DNA of 64,000 nucleotides from Candidatus Binatia bacterium (GTDB lineage Bacteria; Desulfobacterota; Binatia; UBA1149; CAITLU01): NCBI GenBank assembly GCA_047611725.1, contig JBLFWR010000001.1, positions 4,100 to 68,099 of the forward strand, read 5' to 3'. Shown piece by piece: positions 55,713 to 64,000 of this stretch (position 1 is its first letter; each line of letters starts with the position of its first letter). The notes under the pieces were generated by a model. It saw only the letters and a program-made list of their open reading frames with translations, ran no database searches and was not told where the DNA came from. The position numbers and the translations under genes were made by a program.

Positions 55713-56993
55713 TCAGGGCCTACCTCGTCCGGACGAGGGTCCTATTCGCGCGACGACCACCTGCGCTCCAACGTCTGAAGTCCCAACCGGAGAAGGGCAA
55801 GCCGGACGCAGGGGAGGCCGTTTTCGTGTCGCCAACAACGCGGAGACCTGGTCTTCGATCGCCGCCCTCGCCTCCCATAGGCGCGATCCACAGCCCGGTA
55901 CCGCGACGACGAACCCGAGCGCGCCCGGTCCCGAGCCGAGATAACCTGCCAGCGCCGAGATCCCACCGTCAGTTGTGGTCAGTGTTCCCGTCTTGCCGGT
56001 CATGGCATCGGCGCTGTGGTCCGAGGCAAGTGAACGGAATAGCTTGGTCAAAGTACTTGGCTCGCAGTTCATCACCGGGAGCACCGCCTCGGGCCCCAAC
56101 CCATGCTTTGCCAACTCTGTAGAAAGATCTTCAAGAAGATAGACAATCTGCTTCAAATTCATGCGGTTAACGCCCAGACCGGAAGTCGTTTCAAAGCGTA
56201 ATCCAGCTCCCATCGGCTCCCCCCATCGCCTTGCCAGCCAAGCCGACATCGCCTGTGGTGAACCCAAAGCCCCCTCAAATCGCTCAATGTCGTTGTTTGA
56301 GTGGATATTGAACCGCCGCAAGATCTCAACAACCGGCCTCGATCGATGCGTTACCAGTCCCAGTCCCCCGACCACTTCCGGGTCGCGTCGAACGCGACCG
56401 CTCAATGACACCCCCGGCATTCTCGTGACATCACGGCCGTGGCGTCCGGCGAAGGACTGCCAAGCTCGTTTTGTACCAGCGTCCCAGTGAGCAACGACAA
56501 GCGTCGAACGCAGGCGCTCCCCCATCGCTAAGGCTCTTCGGCCTGGATTTGGATCCCGTCCCGCTGATCCTCGCTCCCAGCCAATCCAGAATGCGTCGTT
56601 TACGACCAGATCGCCTTCAATATGTCGCACACCGCTGTCACGGAGGGCCTCGGCAACCAAGAAAGCATTTTCGATGTGGAAATCCGGATCCGCGCCGCCG
56701 ACAACGATGAGATCACCATAAAGCACGCCGTCGTCGTCGGGTCCGTCAGCAGTTGTTAAGATCTCGGTCTCGAATCGATGCGCTGGGCCCAATCGCGCTA
56801 AAGCCCATAGACTGGTGGCGATTTTGACGACCGACGCTGGGTTGATCGCGCGATCGGCGTGGTGCGTGGCCACCGTGCGGCCGGCGCGTTCTTCAGCATG
56901 CCAAATGGCCGTAAGGTCAGCCGCAGATGCCGACCCGCAAACCAGGAGACTGACAACCGCTACGGCTAGGCCAGCCGTTCTGTACGTATCCAA
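55713..56993 (-). CDS. D-alanyl-D-alanine carboxypeptidase/endopeptidase (PBP4-like, peptidase S13)
   Basis: Signal peptide. SVVK (SxxK), SNN (SxN in IHSNND), KTG (MTGKTGTL) active-site triad motifs. Confidence 0.7.
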   Translation of the reverse strand: MDTYRTAGLAVAVVSLLVCGSASAADLTAIWHAEERAGRTVATHHADRAINPASVVKIATSLWALARLGPAHRFETEILTTADGPDDDGVLYGDLIVVGGADPDFHIENAFLVAEALRDSGVRHIEGDLVVNDAFWIGWERGSAGRDPNPGRRALAMGERLRSTLVVAHWDAGTKRAWQSFAGRHGRDVTRMPGVSLSGRVRRDPEVVGGLGLVTHRSRPVVEILRRFNIHSNNDIERFEGALGSPQAMSAWLARRWGEPMGAGLRFETTSGLGVNRMNLKQIVYLLEDLSTELAKHGLGPEAVLPVMNCEPSTLTKLFRSLASDHSADAMTGKTGTLTTTDGGISALAGYLGSGPGALGFVVAVPGCGSRLWEARAAIEDQVSALLATRKRPPLRPACPSPVGTSDVGAQVVVARIGPSSGRGRP

Positions 56994-57973
56994 TTTAGGG
57001 TCTCCGCTATGCTATCGGACAGCTCCCTCGGCTCCCAACCAAGGTCTGCCCGGGTCATCGAAACCTCGTAAAAGACGTGTTTGTCCGCAAACTCGCGGAG
57101 CATTGGAAGCGTAATTTTGCGGTCACGACCTGAGAACACGGCGGCGATCGCGTCGCCGACCGCTAGGGCGGGAAGCATCCGTGGATGAATTTTCCAACGT
57201 GGGACAGGGATGGAGCCATCAGCAGCGGCAGCCATGCGTGCTATCTCATCGTAACTCGCGACACGATCGACCGCGATATAACGAGCGCTGGCACGACCGC
57301 GTTCCAGAGCAGCACGTTGAAGGACCGCCAAGCTGCGACAATCGATGTACGCGATTGAAACCGGCAAGGTGGCCCGAACCAACCCACGCAGCATCCACGA
57401 GAACAATTCGGTACTCGGGGTGTGAGTAAGAAAACCGGGACCGATCACCGACCCGGGACAAATCGAAATCAACTCGATCCCGTCGCTGTTGGCCTGAAGT
57501 CTCGCATGAAGCTCCGCAAGAGTCTTGGCCCTTGCATACGGCGTCAACGCGTCGTGGTTCCAATCATCCGGGCCCAAAGCGCGACCGTCAGTAGTACCCG
57601 CACCGACCGCGGCGACACTTGACGTTAGGATGACGCGCTTCGCACCTGCTGCTGCGGCTGCGCGAACAACATTTCGCGCCCCTTCGACGTTTGGGCCAAT
57701 TATTTCTCGCTCAGGATCTGCGGCCCACATTCGCACGACGCCAGCGACGTGAAAGACCGCGTCCACCCCAGCGCACGCTAGCGCTAGAGACTCCGGGTCT
57801 AACATATCCGCGTGCGTAGGAGTCGCCCCCCACGTGCGAAGCACCTCCGCCCGCCGGTCAGTCTTGCGGGCATGCGTTCCCGCGCGCACCCGATACCCCG
57901 CATCGAGCAGTTCGCGAGTCAGAGCCAACCCGACGTGACCGGTAGCCCCGGTAACAAGAACCTCGGTTGGCAC
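56966..57973 (-). CDS. NAD-dependent epimerase/dehydratase family (extended SDR) protein
   Basis: VLVTGATGHVGLALTREL (Rossmann GxxGxxG) and YxxxK region. Confidence 0.75.
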   Translation of the reverse strand: MPTEVLVTGATGHVGLALTRELLDAGYRVRAGTHARKTDRRAEVLRTWGATPTHADMLDPESLALACAGVDAVFHVAGVVRMWAADPEREIIGPNVEGARNVVRAAAAAGAKRVILTSSVAAVGAGTTDGRALGPDDWNHDALTPYARAKTLAELHARLQANSDGIELISICPGSVIGPGFLTHTPSTELFSWMLRGLVRATLPVSIAYIDCRSLAVLQRAALERGRASARYIAVDRVASYDEIARMAAAADGSIPVPRWKIHPRMLPALAVGDAIAAVFSGRDRKITLPMLREFADKHVFYEVSMTRADLGWEPRELSDSIAETLNWIRTERLA

Positions 57974-57976
57974 CAG

Positions 57977-58957
57977 CTAATCGCCCGTCGTCAAAATGAC
58001 CTTTCCGGTGGCCCGGCGTTCCAACAAAGAGCGCAACGCTTCACCGGCACGCTCCAATGGATAGGTCTGACTGACTAACGGACGAATCTTGCCCTCGCGA
58101 TGCCAAGCCGCGAGTTCAGCGAGGTTGGCCGTATTGGTCTCAGGATCACGCGCAGTGAACGCACCCCAAAAAACACCAACGACCTGACAGCTCTTCAAAA
58201 GAACCAAGTTGGCTGGAAGTTGCGGAATCTTCCCGCTGGCAAAGCCGATCACCAGCACGCGGCCTCCCCACGCCGTCGCGCGCAGGGCCTGTTCAAACAA
58301 CTCGCCACCAACCGGGTCGTAAACAACATCTACGCCAACCCCACCTGTGAGCTCTTTGACCCGGTCCTTGAGGTTCTCCTCGGTGTAGTTGATGCACGAT
58401 TCGGCGCCGTACTCTCGACACAGGTCCAACTTTTCCTGAGTGCTTGCGGCAGCGATGACCTTCGCGCCCATAGCGACAGCGATATCGACCGCCGCCAAAC
58501 CAACCCCACCAGCTGCGCCTAACACCAAGACCGTCTCGCCAGGCCGCAAGGCCGCCCTTTGCTTCAGCGCATAATGCGACGTGCCGTAGGTCATCGTAAA
58601 CCCGGCCGCCGTGATCGCGTCCATTCCGTCGGGAATACGCATAAGCTGTTGCGGAGCAGACAGGACTTCCTGCGCGAAGCCGCCCCAACCGGTCATCGCA
58701 ATAACTCGGTCACCGACATCGTATCCTTCAACATCCGAACCCACTTCGACGATCGAGCCTGCGACTTCGCCACCCGGAGAAAACGGGAGCGGTGGCTTGA
58801 ACTGATATTTGTTCTCGATGATCAGGGTGTCAGGGAAATTGACGCCGCACGCTTCGACGGCGATGCGCACCTGGCCGGCCCCCAACTCAGGACTTTCGAT
58901 TTCCTCGACGACCAGTGACTCGGGGGGACCAAATTCTTTGCAAACAACAGCTCTCAT
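57977..58957 (-). CDS. NADPH:quinone oxidoreductase (zinc-independent MDR family)
   Basis: MRAVVCKEFGPPESLVVEEIESPELGAGQVRIAV ... LVLGAAGGVGLAAVDIA (MDR Rossmann). Confidence 0.85.
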   Translation of the reverse strand: MRAVVCKEFGPPESLVVEEIESPELGAGQVRIAVEACGVNFPDTLIIENKYQFKPPLPFSPGGEVAGSIVEVGSDVEGYDVGDRVIAMTGWGGFAQEVLSAPQQLMRIPDGMDAITAAGFTMTYGTSHYALKQRAALRPGETVLVLGAAGGVGLAAVDIAVAMGAKVIAAASTQEKLDLCREYGAESCINYTEENLKDRVKELTGGVGVDVVYDPVGGELFEQALRATAWGGRVLVIGFASGKIPQLPANLVLLKSCQVVGVFWGAFTARDPETNTANLAELAAWHREGKIRPLVSQTYPLERAGEALRSLLERRATGKVILTTGD

Positions 58958-59052
58958 GTGTGGGCTACCTCCGGCACCGGAGCTAGCACACGCACGAGTG
59001 CCTTGCGAAAGAGCTGAGCAAGTGAAGAGCCCGGTGTGGATGGGTCAATAGG

Positions 59053-60051
59053 TTAAGGACAAACTCTGGCTTGGTGAGACGCCATTCGCAGAGTCCCTTC
59101 GCGGTACGACGGATCGATCCGCCGCAGTCGCATGAGGTTCTCGTTAGCGGTCTCGTAGTATCGAGGACTCATCTCGATCGCCTCTTCGAAACAAGCTCGC
59201 GCCTTTGCCATACGGCCATCGGCTAAAAACAATTCGCCCAAGTAGTTGTAAGCTTCAGCCGGCCCCTCGGCTCGGCGATATGCATCGAGCGCGTCGTGGT
59301 AACGCCTCGATTTGGCATAAGCCCGGGCGAGGTTCTTCTGAACGCGAAGATTTTTCGGATCTGTCCTGGCCGCTTGCTCGAGGGTCGTCGCGGAATCAGC
59401 ATAGCGGCCAACTAGGTAGAGCGAGACTCCCATATTGTTGAGCACCGATCGATCACCAGGACGAAGAGCGAGAGCACGACCGTATGCTTGGACCGCCTCG
59501 GCATGACGCCCGGTACGATCAAGAACCAGTCCCAAAGTTTCGTGTGCTTTCCACAAATCCGGCGACGCCGCGGCAGCACGCAAGAGCGCTTCTTCTGCGC
59601 GCGCGTACTCGCCGAGCTGGAACCAAGCCTGCCCACGCCCAAGGTCGCCAAGCGCTCGACCTACGGGTTGCTCAGCCAAACGATTGAACTGTTCGAGCGA
59701 ATCCCTCGGAAACCCTTTGGCAAGAATGACCGAACCGAATTTGTAACGAAGACTGATGTGGTCAGGAGCCAACTCCAGGCCATGCTGATACTTGATCAGC
59801 GCCATCCCATACTCGCCGCGCCCATAGAACTGATCTCCAATCCGCTCGTAGTCTTCGACTCCAAGTTCGGGGAGTTCGGTCACCATCTCTTGATCAATCT
59901 GGTCGCCGGCCTTCTGGCGTTCCAAAACCTGTTTGTACAATCCGGGCTGAAACGGTGTTTGAAGACGATCGGGGATAGAGCATCCGGTCGATGCGAACGA
60001 CGCAAGCATAAGCGAAGCCAGCGCAGTTCGAGATAGTGTTGAGACGTTCAT
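59053..60051 (-). CDS. TPR-repeat lipoprotein (TadD-like, last gene of Tad pilus operon)
   Basis: Lipobox STGC, then about 7 TPR units (GEYGMALIKYQHGLELAPDH..., GRHAEAVQAYGRALALRPGD...). Confidence 0.65.
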   Translation of the reverse strand: MNVSTLSRTALASLMLASFASTGCSIPDRLQTPFQPGLYKQVLERQKAGDQIDQEMVTELPELGVEDYERIGDQFYGRGEYGMALIKYQHGLELAPDHISLRYKFGSVILAKGFPRDSLEQFNRLAEQPVGRALGDLGRGQAWFQLGEYARAEEALLRAAAASPDLWKAHETLGLVLDRTGRHAEAVQAYGRALALRPGDRSVLNNMGVSLYLVGRYADSATTLEQAARTDPKNLRVQKNLARAYAKSRRYHDALDAYRRAEGPAEAYNYLGELFLADGRMAKARACFEEAIEMSPRYYETANENLMRLRRIDPSYREGTLRMASHQARVCP

Positions 60052-60104
60052 TGACTAGTTTCTCCGACCTATGACGCGCTGCCCGAACCGCGACGCCTCA
60101 GGAA

Positions 60105-61064
60105 TTAGTTCGTCGCCAAGGCGGGCAAGAGAACCCGCACACCCTGAATGATTGCCGGGCCCAAAATCACAATGAAGAGACTCGGAAAGATGAAGAACAT
60201 TAGCGGGAACAGCATCTTAACTGGCAGTTTTCCCGCCTTTTCCTCCGCTCTGAGCGCGCGTTGTGTACGCATGGCATCCGAGTGCACGCGCAGCGACTGG
60301 CCAATACTAGTGCCAAAACGATCCGTTTGAATAAGCAGCGCGACGAATGACCGAATTTCATCGACGTCTACTCGGTCACCCAAGTTTACCAATGCTTGGG
60401 AACGCGGCATACCCGCACGAAGTTCAAGAGTGAGCAGGTGAAATTCGCCAGCAAGCTCCGGATGCACGTGGGCCAGCTCGGTTCCCGTACGATGAATCGC
60501 TGCGTCCAAACCTAAGCCCGCCTCTACGCAGACAACGAGCAGATCAAGCGAATCCGGAAACCCGTCGGTGATTTTCAAACGTCGACGAGCAGCCATACGG
60601 GACAACCACAATTCCGGGACATAGATGCCGGCCACGCCAAGGCCAACGTACAGCACGAGACGATGCATCTGTTCCATGCCAGCCAGCGCCGGATTCGGCA
60701 TCAATACCGCGATCGCTGGCAGGCCTAGAGCCAACACAAGCTTGACCCCCACAAACGTCATCGGCGCTGACGGTGCACGGTAGCCAGCAATAACCAACGT
60801 CTTTCTAAGCGCGGAAATTTCGGTCTGGCTCTTGGACTTGGATTGGGAGAGTTGCCCCAATCGCTCAAGAAGACCTGCGAGACGCTCTGACAAGTAAGTT
60901 GCGCTGGACTGTTCGGCTTCGTCGTCCTCGCGACTGGAAGCGCCAGTCACCCGTTCTTTCCAAAAGCGAGTGCCGCGCCGCTTTTCGGCCTGAGCAAGAA
61001 CTCCAAGCATCAGACTAATAGTACCGATGAACACCATCGCGGCGATCAGTAATGGAAGACTCAT
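60105..61064 (-). CDS. tadC: Flp pilus assembly inner-membrane protein TadC (T2SSF domain)
   Basis: N-terminal TM, cytoplasmic T2SSF-like domain, C-terminal TMs. Adjacent to tadB/cpaF. Confidence 0.8.
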   Translation of the reverse strand: MSLPLLIAAMVFIGTISLMLGVLAQAEKRRGTRFWKERVTGASSREDDEAEQSSATYLSERLAGLLERLGQLSQSKSKSQTEISALRKTLVIAGYRAPSAPMTFVGVKLVLALGLPAIAVLMPNPALAGMEQMHRLVLYVGLGVAGIYVPELWLSRMAARRRLKITDGFPDSLDLLVVCVEAGLGLDAAIHRTGTELAHVHPELAGEFHLLTLELRAGMPRSQALVNLGDRVDVDEIRSFVALLIQTDRFGTSIGQSLRVHSDAMRTQRALRAEEKAGKLPVKMLFPLMFFIFPSLFIVILGPAIIQGVRVLLPALATN

Positions 61065-61076
61065 ATCGCTTCCCCC

Positions 61077-62048
61077 CTAAACCTTGATCTGCACCATACG
61101 GCGCGTCACAAACATCCCAAGGCACATCATCATTCCCCCGCCGGACAGCATCGTCCGACCGAGAGGATCACTGAACAGCAATGCCATATACTCACCGTTG
61201 ACAAGGAACAGTGCCAAACCTAGGACCAAAGGCAACGAAAACATTACCGTTGCTGAAATGCGTCCTTCCGCAGAAAGAGCCCGGACCTTTCCGAAAAGTT
61301 CAAAACGCGCTCGAATTAAGCGACTGATTGAAACGATGATTTCAGCCAGGTTGCCACCAGTTTCGAGTTGAACCATCAGCGACGTAACAAAGAACTTGAT
61401 ATCCAGCGAATCAATTCTTTCGGACAAATCCTGCATCGCTTCCTGCACCGAAATTCCGAAACTGATTTCCTCAAACGTCTGCTGAAACTCGCGAGCGAGC
61501 GGATCTTCAATCTGCTCGGCGGCCAATTTCAAACCCATAATAAAGGCGTGGCCAGCCATAAGGGTCCTGGCAATAAGATCTAAGGCATCCGGCAATTGAG
61601 CTTCAATGGCCTTAAGACGCTTCTTCTTGCGGCGCTTCTGGTACATCAACGGCAACACCACCCCGCCGCAGCCCATAGCCAGAACCACCGGCGTACCAAG
61701 TTGCCAGTAGCTGCCAATCAATAGCCCAGTTGCTCCGAGCACCGCGGAAAGCAAAAGGAAGACAGTCACCGGCATTTCGCTATCGGCGTTCTTGAGAAGA
61801 TGCTTAAGCCGCTTGATAGGCTTAAAGGTGTTCGCAACTGCCTCGAAGAACCCTTCATCGTCCCCCATCGCATTTTTGCGAACAATATCGATGGCCTGCG
61901 CATTCTTCCCATCCGAATCAAGATCGGCACTCAATCTTTTACGCGCGCGGGTTTGGTCACCGTAGACCCACAGGTTTGCCATATCGAAGGCACCCCACGC
62001 GAGCATTAGCATGATCAAAAAAGCTCCAGCTGAAATCGCGATGATCAT
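61077..62048 (-). CDS. tadB: Flp pilus assembly inner-membrane protein TadB (T2SSF domain)
   Basis: 323 aa, same topology class as TadC. Operonic with cpaF. Confidence 0.8.
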   Translation of the reverse strand: MIIAISAGAFLIMLMLAWGAFDMANLWVYGDQTRARKRLSADLDSDGKNAQAIDIVRKNAMGDDEGFFEAVANTFKPIKRLKHLLKNADSEMPVTVFLLLSAVLGATGLLIGSYWQLGTPVVLAMGCGGVVLPLMYQKRRKKKRLKAIEAQLPDALDLIARTLMAGHAFIMGLKLAAEQIEDPLAREFQQTFEEISFGISVQEAMQDLSERIDSLDIKFFVTSLMVQLETGGNLAEIIVSISRLIRARFELFGKVRALSAEGRISATVMFSLPLVLGLALFLVNGEYMALLFSDPLGRTMLSGGGMMMCLGMFVTRRMVQIKV

Positions 62049-62060
62049 CCCAATCCCCCC

Positions 62061-63392
62061 CTACACAGAATAGACTCGGTTCGGATCAAACAAGTGGGCC
62101 GGAGTAGACAAGCCCAACGCCTCAAAGCGTTGGATAAACTTCGGCCGAATACCTGTCGCGCGGAAGCGCCCTTTCACCTTTCCGTTGTTATCGACTCCCG
62201 ACTGCTCAAAGTGGAAAATCTCCTGCGCGGTGATGATATCGCCTTCCATACCCGTGATTTCGGTAAGGCTGGTCATTTTGCGGCTACCGTCCGCGCAGCG
62301 AGTCATCTGCACCACCACGTCAATGGCTGACGAGATGTAGTGACGCAACGCCTTGGTCGGCAAGTTCAAACCAGCCATGGCGACCATCGTCTCGATTCTC
62401 GTCAAGGCATCCCTAGGCGTATTCGCGTGAATGGTCGTCAACGAACCATCGTGACCGGTGTTCATCGCCGACAACATATCTAGAGCTTCCGAACCTCGAA
62501 TTTCTCCGAGGATAATGCGATCCGGGCGCATACGAAGACAGTTCTTCACTAGTTCACGTTGAGTGATTTCGCCCTTGCCCTCGACGTTGGGCGGGCGGGT
62601 TTCTAGGCGAACGACATGCTCCTGCCGAAGTTGCAGCTCAGCACTATCTTCGATCGTAACAATGCGCTCATCGGTCGGAATGAAACCCGACAAAATGTTA
62701 AGAATCGTGGTCTTTCCACAGCCAGTTCCGCCGGCAATAATCACGTTCAATCGCGCTTTTACAATCCTCTGTAGGGCCTCTCCAATCTCCGGCGTTAACG
62801 AACGTTTCTGAACCAAGTCTGATAGTTCAAGAGGGTCGCCATTGAATTTACGAATCGAAAGTGACGGACCGTCCAGAGCCAATGGAGGAATAATCGCATT
62901 AACACGAGAACCATCGGGCAAACGCGCATCCACCATGGGCATCGATTCGTCAACTCGACGGCCGACACCACTGACGATGCGATCGATAATTTTCCGAAGG
63001 TGGACATCGTCCCTAAATTCGCAATCTGCCCGCTCGAGCCGACCGTTACGCTCGACGTACACTTGCTTGGCGTTGTTAACCAGAATGTCCGATACGGTTT
63101 CGTCGGCCAGAAGAGGCTCAAGCGGACCGTAACCGAGGATTTCGTTCTGGATATCGACAACCAGCTGCTCTCGTTCACGTAAATTTAGAGGAACCGCCTC
63201 ATCAGCGAGGACCTTTTCGATCAGGCGCCCCAACTCGCGCTTCAGTGAAACCGAATCTAGAGCCGCCGCCGCCGAAAGATCGAGAACTTCAATTACGCGC
63301 TCGTGCACGCGCCCTTTGAGTTCATGGTAGCCGCCCACAGGACGGCCCTGTGGGGCATTTGTCGTACTTCTAGGTGTTTCTACGGTCGCCAT
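62061..63392 (-). CDS. cpaF: Tad/Flp pilus assembly secretion ATPase CpaF/TadA (VirB11-like)
   Basis: Walker [16 protein letters not shown], Asp box, Walker [13 protein letters not shown], His box ...[12 protein letters not shown]. Confidence 0.9.
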   Translation of the reverse strand: MATVETPRSTTNAPQGRPVGGYHELKGRVHERVIEVLDLSAAAALDSVSLKRELGRLIEKVLADEAVPLNLREREQLVVDIQNEILGYGPLEPLLADETVSDILVNNAKQVYVERNGRLERADCEFRDDVHLRKIIDRIVSGVGRRVDESMPMVDARLPDGSRVNAIIPPLALDGPSLSIRKFNGDPLELSDLVQKRSLTPEIGEALQRIVKARLNVIIAGGTGCGKTTILNILSGFIPTDERIVTIEDSAELQLRQEHVVRLETRPPNVEGKGEITQRELVKNCLRMRPDRIILGEIRGSEALDMLSAMNTGHDGSLTTIHANTPRDALTRIETMVAMAGLNLPTKALRHYISSAIDVVVQMTRCADGSRKMTSLTEITGMEGDIITAQEIFHFEQSGVDNNGKVKGRFRATGIRPKFIQRFEALGLSTPAHLFDPNRVYSV

Positions 63393-63396
63393 AGTT

Positions 63397-64000
63397 CTAG
63401 CTCGCTAGGTTGGGGCTTGGCGTGCCTTTGCTGAGCCGCCCCGAAAACGATTTGAAAACGCCACTGAGAAAAGATCCGGATTTTTCGCTCTCGCGCGCCC
63501 CAGCACACACGAGCGCCAATTTCTCGATGGCCTTCGAGATTGGTCGCTTGGGCGCTGACAATACGAGAGGTTGCCCATCGTTGATCGCCTGCACAATGTC
63601 ATCGTGATCAACCGGAATCTCGCACACTGGTTTTAGCCCAAGTGTTCGACTGACATCGGTAATCAACGCCTCGTCGCGACTCGAGCATTGACTAAGAACT
63701 AGGCTCAAGCGCCCGCCCTCGATGAGCTCGGCGACGTCCGTCAACATGGCCATGAGGCGCTTTGTGCGACGCACGACTGGCACCGTAATCCCGGAGACCA
63801 AGAGAATATGATTCGCACGCTCGACCAACGCTTGCGTCGCCGCATCAACCAAGGCACCACAATCAAAAACTACGAAATCAAAACGGTCGCGAAGCAATGG
63901 TACCGTTCGCTCAATGCATTCGCTCGAGACGAAGCCGCCACCAAGTTCAACTTCACCAACCGGCAGGACGTGAAGACCGCTGGAGTGGCGAGAAAGCATT
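63397..64000 (-). CDS. cpaE: pilus assembly ATPase-like protein CpaE/TadZ, C-terminal part only (runs off window end)
   Basis: MinD/ParA-like C-terminal region ([12 protein letters not shown]...). N-terminus lies beyond position 64000. Confidence 0.6.
   Translation of the reverse strand, partial: MLSRHSSGLHVLPVGEVELGGGFVSSECIERTVPLLRDRFDFVVFDCGALVDAATQALVERANHILLVSGITVPVVRRTKRLMAMLTDVAELIEGGRLSLVLSQCSSRDEALITDVSRTLGLKPVCEIPVDHDDIVQAINDGQPLVLSAPKRPISKAIEKLALVCAGARESEKSGSFLSGVFKSFSGRLSKGTPSPNLAS

Noticed and set aside
1-64000. Searched by eye for transposase, integrase, RT, restriction-modification, toxin-antitoxin, Cas and phage structural signatures
   Set aside because: None recognised. The window looks like core chromosome rather than an accessory island.

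Overview
This 64 kb window is GC-rich bacterial chromosome (roughly 60% GC by eye), densely coding and dominated by housekeeping genes. I found no transposase, integrase, CRISPR array, RM or other recognisable defense or mobile module, so I read it as a core-genome region. The system most worth attention is a chain of frame-broken cysteine-rich secreted ORFs at 48.3-51 kb (details in findings).

Main contents in order:
- 5'-truncated TMTC/DUF1736-like membrane-TPR protein, a GT2 glycosyltransferase, a small XRE HTH protein and a ferritin-like protein.
- dnaA on the minus strand, with an adjacent AT-rich region carrying DnaA-box-like motifs (candidate oriC). dnaN is not adjacent.
- A nuoB-nuoF-nuoG tri-gene cluster (no nuoE/C/D), with a solitary nuoI about 6 kb away.
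- trmB, a split transketolase (N- and C-terminal subunits), a histidine phosphatase, a rhodanese-ThiF/MoeB fusion, GST, rnhB, a HEAT-repeat secreted protein and an F420-type FrhB/FdhB-like iron-sulfur flavoprotein preceded by a 6 x 15 bp tandem array.
- apt, an NlpD-like LysM/M23 lipoprotein, surE, amt and a MerR-family regulator.
- The classic thrS-infC-rpmI-rplT-pheS-pheT-ihfA block, and rpsF-rpsR-rplI with unusual terminal extensions.
- An H+-pyrophosphatase, pth-rplY-prs-ispE, suhB, rpsU and cysC.
- A cytochrome-oxidase biogenesis cluster without structural cox genes: amicyanin-like cupredoxin, ctaA, ctaB, an ABC-2 exporter and SCO1.
- A fragmented locus of secreted cysteine-rich proteins: a PI-PLC-like phosphodiesterase and a Myxococcus-type Cys-rich repeat protein, broken by a perfect 20-bp-stem palindrome, a stop codon and a 1-nt frameshift.
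- An SGNH lipoprotein, a DAACS symporter, patatin, ATP sulfurylase, PBP4, two oxidoreductases and a Tad/Flp pilus assembly operon (TPR lipoprotein, tadC, tadB, cpaF, cpaE partial).
- Four tRNAs: Pro-GGG, Val-GAC, Gln-TTG and Arg-CCG.

TIGR02232-like cysteine repeats, a DUF1329-like protein and split transketolase suggest a Myxococcota/Deltaproteobacteria-like lineage; this is inference only.
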